Shown: piece by piece, positions 54,268-64,000 of the stretch
Numbering within the stretch: the stretch's first letter is position 1
Layout: each line of letters starts with the position of its first letter
Assembly: GCF_006345805.1 (NCBI RefSeq)
Contig: NC_042998.1
Span: 125,984,001-126,048,000 of the forward strand
DNA: 64,000 bases
DNA from: Octopus sinensis
Taxonomy: Eukaryota
Direction: 5' to 3'
Program-made: the position numbers and the translations under genes
Notes under the pieces: model-generated
What the model saw: the letters and a program-made list of their open reading frames with translations, nothing else
Databases searched by the model: none
What the model was told of the DNA's origin: nothing

Positions 54268-54759
54268 GTATTTAATATTATTTTATATGGTTTTCTGGCT
54301 GCTGGCTTTAAATCACAATCTGGGTAATCAGACAACTAAATACAATTTTGTTTTTCTTGCCTCAAAATTCTACTTAGAATTCAACATTAGACTTTAGCAC
54401 TTGTAATCGTTTTGTTTCTCTAATGTGGTAAAATATATTTTTGCAAACAATTAACAAGAAGACAAATAAATTGAATAACTGAATGTGTATATTTTCTAGT
54501 CTACCAATACAAGTTTATCTAAGCATATGTGTGCATACATATAAGTGCATGTATATACAACATATGTGTGCGTGTGTGTGTGTAACTGTGTACGCATATA
54601 TATGTATATGTATGTGTATGTATATGCATATATATACGTGAATACACACACACACACGCACACACACATACACACATATATATATATATATATCCAATCA
54701 GCATTTACAGGAGTTACAACAGTTCCAACAGCTTAAGTTATAAGTTATCGTTTAAAGTA

Positions 54760-55256
54760 CAGTGATCCCTCGTTTATCGCGGTAGATTGGCTCCGAGACC
54801 GGCCGCGATAACTGAATTTCCGCGAAGTAGTGACACCATATTTACAGCATTTATTTAACGTGTATTTGAACTTTTAAAACCCTCCCTGTACTGTTAACAA
54901 CCCAGCCATTACAGTAGTCTATTAATAACAAGGACAACTGTTAAGCAATAACACTTTAGATTAAAAAAATAAAGATTGTTACTGTTACACAGGCCAGATT
55001 ACGAAATAGAAAGCTGTGATTCGTCGTCTCTCTCCATTGCACCAATCACAGCCAGTCTTAAGTTCAAATACCCCTGTATATGCTTTTTGCTATTTTACTC
55101 TTGTTTTGTTGTTCCTAGGCTAGGAAATAATATTTATTATTAATATTTTAAATGATTTAATGAAAAATTTTAGGCGTTCATATATATATATATATTTAAA
55201 ATCCGCGAAGTGGTGAACCCGCGATAGTTGAACCGCGAAGTAGCGAGGGATCACAG
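54760..55256. mobile_element. Tigger/pogo-type MITE, 497 bp, TA TSD
   Basis: TIRs CAGTGATCCCTCGTTTATCGCGG / CCGCGAAGTAGCGAGGGATCACAG, with TA at 54758-54759 and 55257-55258. Confidence 0.88.
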
Positions 55257-55834
55257 TATGTTCATAAACGTATCAACTTATTTCACAAGGACAACATTCG
55301 AATCTTTGTCTTTTCCATTTGTATTGGTTTTAATTTTCTTGAAAATAATATTATAATAGTTGCTTATAGATATTTGTAGTTAGTAGTTACACTACAGTTG
55401 TAACAATAGTAGATATCTATTGCTTTCTTTTACTACACTGTAAGTTATATGTCTTATATTAGTAACGGTCAATGTTTGCTAACATATTACTATTTTGTGT
55501 AGAAGAAAACTAATCCGAAATCGAGTGGTGAACATCGCTAGAGATGCACTTGACAGCACTGTCTCCTCGCTATTCAATGGTGCACGTTCAGATTTACAGT
55601 GATACACTTATTTCGAAACCCTACTTTAGCATTATTACAAACTAGTGTCCACCCAAAATATTTTGAAGCAGCCCTGGGCACCAAAGTCTGGCAATGGGCC
55701 TGGTGGTAAAGTAGATTGTTTTGTTTTGCATTTAAAGTATCCTCAAAAACACACGTAATATATTGTTCTTAGAATTCGAATGCAGCGTGGAAGATATATA
55801 TTGGCCATTCAAAAACACCCAAAGATTGTTAACT

Positions 55835-56172
55835 TTACACAAGACCCCCTTCGGTCATGAATGACCATGGGATTGCAACTAGAAAGTTCCCTTCAGAGGC
55901 ACAAGTCCGGGCAAGGTTGTTTATGGAAGACTAGCAGTCGCCCATGCATACCAGCTTCCCCTCTCGACGACACCGATGTTAATCAAGAGAAAAGCAAAGG
56001 CCGATACAGCTTCGCGCCAGTGGTATCGCAACTCATTCCTACAGCTGAGTGAACTGGAGCAGTGTGGGAAAAAAGTGTGTCTTGCTAAAGAAAACAACAG
56101 ACTGTCCGGTCCGGGAATCGAACTCCTTCCTTCATAATTGGGAGCTCGATGCTCTAACCACTGAGCCGTGCG
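55835..56172 (-). mobile_element. tRNA-derived SINE (family E)
   Basis: Reverse complement begins gcgcacggctcagtggttagagcatcgagc..gagttcgattcccggaccgg (A and B boxes), followed by a ~250-bp body. Confidence 0.78.
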
Positions 56173-56418
56173 CTTTCTCTAACTTTGCATACACATTTAT
56201 TATTTGGTGTCCGGAAAAATCATATCAGTGATCAAGTCGCAATTGGTGCACTGAAAATTTCGACACCGTCTTTGTGGCTAATATCTATCTTTCACGCTAC
56301 AATCGTTTTAGTTTCAACACGTGGTCTCAGATCGAATCATTTGCCTGGCAAGTATATCTCCGGAAGTTTTTTTTATGATTGAAATACACTTGTCATTTTT
56401 TTTCTTCTCTCTCTTTAG

Positions 56419-56553
56419 GTTGAATTCAACCCAAATATGCACGTCAGTGAGATGACATTTGACAACAATGTCGTTCAGTGCCAGCTTTATTATTCAGGGA
56501 CATACGCACAGGCTTATAATTGCAAAATAATTCCACTTTTGCGCAGAGATTAA
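56419..56553 (+). CDS. LOXL: LOXL last coding exon
   Basis: ctctctttag|GTT, phase 0: VEFNPNMHVSEMTFDNNVVQCQLYYSGTYAQAYNCKIIPLLRRD*, TAA at 56551-56553. Matches the LOX C-terminal NP...E..F.NN...C...Y.G......NC pattern. Confidence 0.94.
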   Translation, partial: VEFNPNMHVSEMTFDNNVVQCQLYYSGTYAQAYNCKIIPLLRRD

Positions 56554-56579
56554 CGAAGGATCTCCCTCCCACTACGTAG

Positions 56580-56585
56580 AATAAA
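56580..56585 (+). promoter_or_regulatory. Possible polyadenylation signal AATAAA
   Basis: First AATAAA, 27 nt after the LOXL stop. The motif is common in AT-rich DNA, so the real 3' end may be further downstream. Confidence 0.25.
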
Positions 56586-56959
56586 AACAATTTACATGCT
56601 AACCGGTTGAAACCCGAAATTCTGACATCAAAATATTGCTATAGGATGCGAAAAAAGAGAAAGAAAACAAACAACTACAGCAGCAGCAGCAGCAACAGCA
56701 GCAGCAATGAGAAAAGTAATTTCTTCTGATAAAAACTATACAAGTCGAAAATAGAAATGGTTCAGCCAAAGAAGATATAGGGGAGACAACCCTGTGATAC
56801 TATTTTGGCACTGCCTAAATCAATTGCTTCCTTAAGATGACAGTGTTTCTATTTATTTTATAATTTTTAAAAAAGTTTCTATTCTTCTTTTATAATTGTT
56901 ACATATTTCTATTTTTAATTGTTATTTTATACATGAGGCTAGTATTATTTTATTATACA

Positions 56960-57071
56960 TACATGTACATACATGTACATTATTTGCATACATGCACACA
57001 CACACACGCACACATACATACATACATACATACATACATGCATATATACGTATATACACAGAATGAATAAA

Positions 57072-57109
<38 letters not shown>

Positions 57110-57548
57110 GTGCGTCGTGTGTGCGTGTGTGTTTGTGTGTACACATATATACACACACACATATATAATATATATATATATATCGTCAGTACATCATAAA
57201 TCAAGCACACTCTAAGTTATAGAGCAGTAGAGGATTTGCAGAAAGATAGTTGTGAACTGGTCACAACTAATTTTCTCTAAATATGTACATATATATGTGT
57301 GTGTATATGTATATATATATGTATGTGTGCATGTGTATGTATGTATCTATATATACATGCATATATACATATATATATACATATATATGTATGTATACAT
57401 GCACATGCACACACATACATACACAAGTACACATGTGCACTCACACACATGCATGCACACACGCAGTTATGTTTCACAGATCAGATCTCGTTTGCTATTA
57501 CCTTAAGGTCATCATTGCCCCACATTTATAATACTATATAGGTATATA

Positions 57549-57579
<31 letters not shown>

Positions 57580-57651
57580 ATGTATGTATGTATATATATA
57601 TACATATATATAAAAGTGTGTCTACATATATATATGTGTGTGAGTGTTTGT

Positions 57652-57686
<35 letters not shown>

Positions 57687-57728
57687 CAATACATTGTATG
57701 TATATATTATATACATATGTGTACATAT

Positions 57729-57759
<31 letters not shown>

Positions 57760-57823
57760 GTGCTTGTACATGTGTACAAATATGTATATATTATACATGT
57801 AAACATATTTGCAAGAATAAATA

Positions 57824-57905
<82 letters not shown>

Positions 57906-58820
57906 GATGTACAGGTGCGTGTCTATCTATACATGTATTTATGCGTGTATGTATAAATATATATGTATATCTATAGATGTATAGGAATATCCATATATGT
58001 ATCCATATATTTTATATATATATACATACACATATATGCATATGTGTATATGTGCATGTATATTAATTATATAATATACATATATATACATAACAAAAAA
58101 TATGTATAGAGAAAATTATATCTTTATAATTAAGCCACCAATTGTTTCTATTGCATAAATTAATATTAACATCCTCGAAAATATATGTTCATTATGTACA
58201 TTATGTGTGTTCATTATCTACTGGTGCAAGCAATAGTTGAATGCAAAAATGATTCTTTTTAAATATGTTTATTTTTTATTTTTATAAAACAATTTCGTTA
58301 TCCAATGATGTCGCCATCAGTTGAACGAATGACTGAATGAATGAATAATGCCTGCGGTTTAATTCAATTTAGGCGTTCTTTTTGTTAGTGTCTATCAACT
58401 GGTAATATTTCAGATGTTTAATTTGATTTTCACTAATTTTGAATTGCCTTGATAACATGTTAACATATACTTTCGAGAATATTAATATCAATTTTAATGA
58501 TTGTTTCTATATATATATATGTATGCATATATATATATATGCCTGTGTGTATTTTTTGTTGCAATGAAACAATTGTTGGCTTTATAAGGGGAGACTTATG
58601 ATAAAGATATAATTTTCTCTATGCATATTTTTTTGTTGTTGAATACTGTGAATTTCTTCAAATTCTACAGAAGGATATTTGGACTTAACTATAATGCATG
58701 AGTATTTACTTGGGATATGTGTTCTACTTACATTTACTGGTAACTGATTGTTGAACATTTATAACCAAATCCTTTTAATACTGAGTACTTTATTGATACC
58801 TGCCAGGAGTTTTTAATCCC

Positions 58821-58862
<42 letters not shown>

Positions 58863-58873
58863 GAGATTTTAAA

Positions 58874-58905
<32 letters not shown>

Positions 58906-59424
58906 GTGTGTGTCTGTGTTTGAGTTTGTGTATGCATGTGTTAGTATGTGTGTTTGTCTGATTGTGTGCATGTGTGTAAATCTACAAAATAGGTGGGAGA
59001 TTCCAAAGTTGCCAAAATTTAAAATACACTTTCATTTTTGTCAATGACATTTTACTAAGTCTTTTTTATTATTTTTTTTTGTTTTTCTTTTCTTTCTTCA
59101 ATTATCAAGCATGAGTATTAAAATGATGTATTTAATGTTTAATTTTGTTTATTCTGCTACAATCTTGTTTATTATAAATGTTAAAATTGATACTATGTTG
59201 ACGGACATACATACTAATGTGTGTATATTGGTAATTCATAAAATTGTATATATAAGTATACAATATTGTCTGAAAAGATAGATATATATATATATATGTG
59301 TGTACGTGTGTGTGTGTGTATCTATGTATACATTTATATATATATTTGTGTATGTATGTGGATGTATACACACACATACATATATATATTCATATATATA
59401 TATATACATGCATACATATACATG

Positions 59425-59508
<84 letters not shown>

Positions 59509-59520
59509 TATATAATATAC
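56960..59520. repeat. Dense (TA)n/(CA)n/(TATG)n microsatellite region 3' of LOXL; similar blocks at 61460-61670, 62070-62760 and 63770-63890
   Basis: Directly visible dinucleotide and tetranucleotide arrays. Confidence 0.95.
58091..58637. repeat. Imperfect inverted repeat pair (~65-80 bp arms, ~400-bp spacer)
   Basis: aacaaaaaatatgtatagagaaaattatatcttta..aagccaccaattgtttc at 58091-58155 is the reverse complement of 58559-58637 apart from one indel block. Confidence 0.75.
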
Positions 59521-60096
59521 AAATTTGAGTACATGAAAAAATGTAGCATCAAAAATTCAAGTTACTGTATATACAAAATACAAACGATTGATCATATTTT
59601 AATTATTTTGAGTTTCATGTTTTAATTAGTGGCTAATTAGACATTTATCTGACTTAATTTGCTTATTGGATGTGAGGTTTACATGTAAGCGCAGTGTGAA
59701 CATTTGATAAAACGGATTCTATTAAGGCGTTATGGGAAAGACAGCTGCATGGAACATAATTCTCGATGGACAAAAATAAGTTATCTCCCTTGTTTTGTAC
59801 ATAAAAAAAAATGTTTTTTTTATTTTAACGGAATAAAAAGAAGAAAATGTGATGAATGAAATAAACTAGAATAGAGTACAATGTGGAAAATTTTGAAGTA
59901 TGGAAGTATGCTAGCTGGGGGAAGGTCGAAGGGAAAATAGAAACGTGATGAAGAGAATTAAGATAAAAAGTATCAAATGTAAAATGTGATAAATCTGCAT
60001 TTACTTATTAATTCACATGTATATAAGGCAAATGTGTGTGTGTGCGTGTGTGTGTGTGTGTGTGAGTGTGTGTGTGTGTGTGTGTATGTATGTTTG

Positions 60097-60570
60097 TATA
60101 AAGTGATAAGAAAATGGAGGGGATCAATAGGTGGTTCATCAACTTTTAGACATTATATTATGTTAGCTTATTTATTTATTTACTAAACTGATAATTACAA
60201 TAATATACATACATATAACATATTATGCTTTACATATAAGATATAAGATATAAAATATAGTAAATATATAAGGATACCAGTAATTATTATAAAATAACAA
60301 ACATGAATAAGTTATTTTCCCAATTTATATTCATGTTTGTTATTTTATAATAATTACTGGTATCCTTATATATTCACTATATTTTATATCTTATATCTTA
60401 TATGTAAAGCATAATATGTTATATGTATGTATATTAAAGCATAATATGTTATATGTATGTATATTATTGTAATTATCAGTTTAGTAAATAAATAAATAAG
60501 CTAACATAATATAATGTCTAAAAGTTGATGAACCACCTATTGATCCCCTCCATTTTCTTATTGCTTTATA
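60097..60570. repeat. Near-perfect long inverted repeat: arms 60097-60309 and 60328-60570, 18-nt loop
   Basis: Arms compared by eye: about 3 mismatches over 213 bp, plus a 30-bp tandem duplication (60406-60465) in the right arm only. Confidence 0.95.
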
Positions 60571-60764
60571 AATTAATGGTAAAATTCTCTTTACCTTCAC
60601 CCATTTAGTACACTAGGTAATGTAATTGCAATGCAATAAAAAGCACTTGTGTATTAATAATTGGGTATTCTACCAGCAGTATATTGGATAGATATTAGCC
60701 CTTAGTGGGTTGGATTTACAACCTCTAACTTTCTTGGAGTTATATATATATATACGTATATTTT

Positions 60765-61175
60765 ATCTCTTACTTGCTTCAATCGTTAGTCTGTGGCCAT
60801 GCCGAGGCACTGCCTTGAAGAATTTTGGTTGAATAAATTGAACCCAGTACTTATGTATATATGTATAAATATATTTTTTTAAGCCTAGCACTTATTCTGT
60901 CAGGATCTTTTGCCAAACTGTAAAAGTTATGAGTGGTAAACACACCACCACCGGTTGTCAAGTGGTAATTGGGTATAAAAACAGATACAAAGACGCACAT
61001 GCACACACACAAGTGTGTGTGTGTGTGTGTGTGTATGGATAGATAGATAGATAGATAGATGTACATATATATACAACAGACTTCTTTCAGTTTCTACCTA
61101 CCAAATCCACTCACAAGGCTTTGTTCAGCCTGGTCAGGCTATAGTAGAAGACACTTGCCCAAAGTGCTAGCAAAG
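60765..61175 (-). mobile_element. SINE family B copy with internal (GT)n/(GATA)n
   Basis: ctgtggccatgcc...ttttgccaaactg...ctaccaaatccactcacaaggc...ctatagtagaagacacttgcccaa. Confidence 0.8.
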
Positions 61176-61595
61176 TTAGAGACAGCTGTTTCATAATTTG
61201 TATCCAATTACATCAGCAACACATACATAAATATACAATCAGATGCACATTAATTAATGAGCTGTAACATAATGAATCAGATTGCTCATCAGAACATTTT
61301 ATCAATAGTAAGCATTTAGCCCTCTAGGCTCTGATTGATAATTATACACTCACCACTATTATGATTCTTGGAATTTCAGGAGAGCAATGTCAATTTTATA
61401 CCCTAGTCTCAACCATTGCCTTTCTTGATAGCTGGACACTGTGTATGAAGCTTACCATGGGCTATATATATACACACACACACATATATAGATATTTACA
61501 TAAATACACACACACACACATATATATACACATATACATATATATACATACATACATACATATATATACACTCACACACATACATATACTTATAT

Positions 61596-61642
<47 letters not shown>

Positions 61643-62077
61643 AATATATATGTATATATATTATGAATGAATACATGTATGTGTATAATATGAATGTACA
61701 AATATGCATGTGACATAACTGCAGTTGACAATGTTAAATTCCTTGGCTCAGTATAAATATATTAGGCCACAATTAAAACCTTATACATGTGTGCTTTTAT
61801 ATTTATACAATATGCTTCTTTGATCAACAGAGATCTCTAAATATATTATGGCATGGGCATGTACATGCTTATTATACTTGGAACTTTTTATTGTAACTAC
61901 AGATTTTTATAAATCTATGTGTTTTTCATTTATGCAGAGATCCACGAATTGATGTATACTTGTATTTATGTGTATATGGATGAAACATTTTGTATATTGT
62001 TAAAAATGGGAAATGGATATGATTAAGTATGGCATATATCTGTGTCTTTGTGCATCTATGTGCATATATACAAATAT

Positions 62078-62125
<48 letters not shown>

Positions 62126-62252
62126 ATATATATAAAATAATATGAAATAAATGTATTTGTATATGTATAATTATATAGGAATGTTTTTATGTTTCTGTGC
62201 ATACGCTATCATAAGTCTTTATGCTTCATATATATGAGTAAATATGCACACA

Positions 62253-62288
<36 letters not shown>

Positions 62289-64000
62289 ACACACACACAC
62301 ACACACACACTCACTCACACATCTACACATAACTATGCACACATGTATATTTGAAGACATATAAACACAAAAATGCTTACAAATTATATAATATTCTGTT
62401 TTATATACATAACAGAACATGTAGCAACATATATGCTAATATACAAACATACATACATACATACATACATACATACGTACACACATATATATACACGCAC
62501 ACATATCAATACATACATACATATACACATACACACATATGTACATACACACACATGTATGAATGCATACATACATACATACATATATATATACATACAT
62601 ACACACACACACATATATCAATACATACATACATACACACATATATACATACATACATGCATGCATACATACACACATATATACATACACACATATATAC
62701 ATACACACACATATATCAATGCATGCATACATGCATACATACATACATACATACATACTTAAATGTGTTTCTAAGTATGCATGTATATGTGCGCAAGTGT
62801 ATACTAAAGTATACTTCATGTTTTACTTTATAGGAAGTTATAGAAGGTATGGTTCTGAATATTTTTGAAAAATATTTTTTATTAATATTTATTTTCCTAT
62901 ATTGGCTAAAATGGTATTCCTATCCCATTAGCATTATACTTTTCTTGGTTTTGTGGACTACATGAGTAATAGGTTGCTGTCTCTTATATCATATTTAAGA
63001 AATAAATTAACTAAATATTTTACCTTTTGTATGGTAACTATAATACAGAACAACCAAATGATTATTTTAATCATACTCTTTAGGATGAACTATTCATTAT
63101 TGTAATAGATGTTATGAAACCAATACAAAAAGAAAGAAATTATATAGCTATTAAAAACACCTTTAACTAGGATATTGATAATTCCAGTTTATTATATTAC
63201 AAATTCTCACAGAGTAATAAATTGTAGGTTGTAGTATATTTAGCTGATATTGGTCATGGCTAGTAAATTCATCTCAAAGCTCTTAATTCTGTGATTTTGA
63301 AATGCTGGTATAATTTTTTGAGATCTTTTTTTTTTGTTTAATATTTTTTTTTTTCGTGCTGAGAGAGCATAGGAGAGAAAGAGAAAAATGTGTCTGTTAC
63401 AATATCTAATGGGTTAGAAAATATGTGGCATTATATGTTATAATGCATCAGCTGTCTAGCATGGGATTTGAAAATTAGTATGGAAAAAATTATAAGTTAA
63501 AAGAAACAAAAACTTAGACATTGTATTGTGAAAAAGAAATGAATAAATGTGATATCTTTATATAAAATATATTGTTTTCGTTTCTTTGTTCTTTAGTTGT
63601 TGTTTCATTTTTTTGTTTTGCTGTTGTTGTTGCTGTTTTTGTTGGGTTTTTTTGTTTGTTTCTTTTTGTAATTTATTTCAGTAAAAGCCCCTCTGATGGT
63701 TGAGTCCAAATTCTTTGGATTCTGATCCAAACATGAAATCTTGGTACGGAAAAAAAACCATTTACATGCATTACATGCATGCATGCATGCATGCATGCAT
63801 GCATACATGCATACATACATACATACATATACATACATACATACATACATACAAACAAACAAACAAACAAACAAACAAACAAACAAAGGAAACCTTATGG
63901 CTCATTATCACTGCATCCCAGATGATCAACCTGCATTCACCCAGAAGTTTGCCTTTTATAGAACTTCTATTTGGAGCATCCAGAAAGAAAAGACCTCCTC

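Overview
This is AT-rich, repeat-dense eukaryotic DNA. Its tRNA-derived SINE families and microsatellite load look cephalopod, most likely Octopus (recognised from memory, not from a database search). One protein-coding gene is supported: a + strand lysyl oxidase-like (LOXL, SRCR + LOX catalytic domain) gene. I traced eight phase-compatible GT-AG exons from 15586 to a TAA stop at 56553, encoding about 550 aa. The order is: C-terminal half of one SRCR domain; a ~184-aa Thr/Pro-rich then Glu/Lys-rich linker; a complete 6-Cys SRCR; and a LOX domain with an intact Cu-binding motif (WEWHECHMHYHSM) and both LTQ precursor residues (K in [11 protein letters not shown] in [11 protein letters not shown]). 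The signal peptide and first half of the first SRCR were not found with confidence; a 17-nt microexon candidate lies at 14795-14811. Introns and flanks hold many SINEs, a decayed Dong/R4-like LINE, a Hero-like REL fragment, a Penelope-like element, a pogo transposase remnant, and hAT and Tigger MITEs with intact target-site duplications (TSDs). A near-perfect 213-bp-arm hairpin lies at 60097-60570. Nearly all ORFs in the supplied track are microsatellite artefacts. I found no CRISPR array, rRNA or true tRNA, and no convincing wholly new biological system. The best leads are the LOXL linker and its possible processing, the microexon, the (AAT)n-embedded insertion and the large hairpin.
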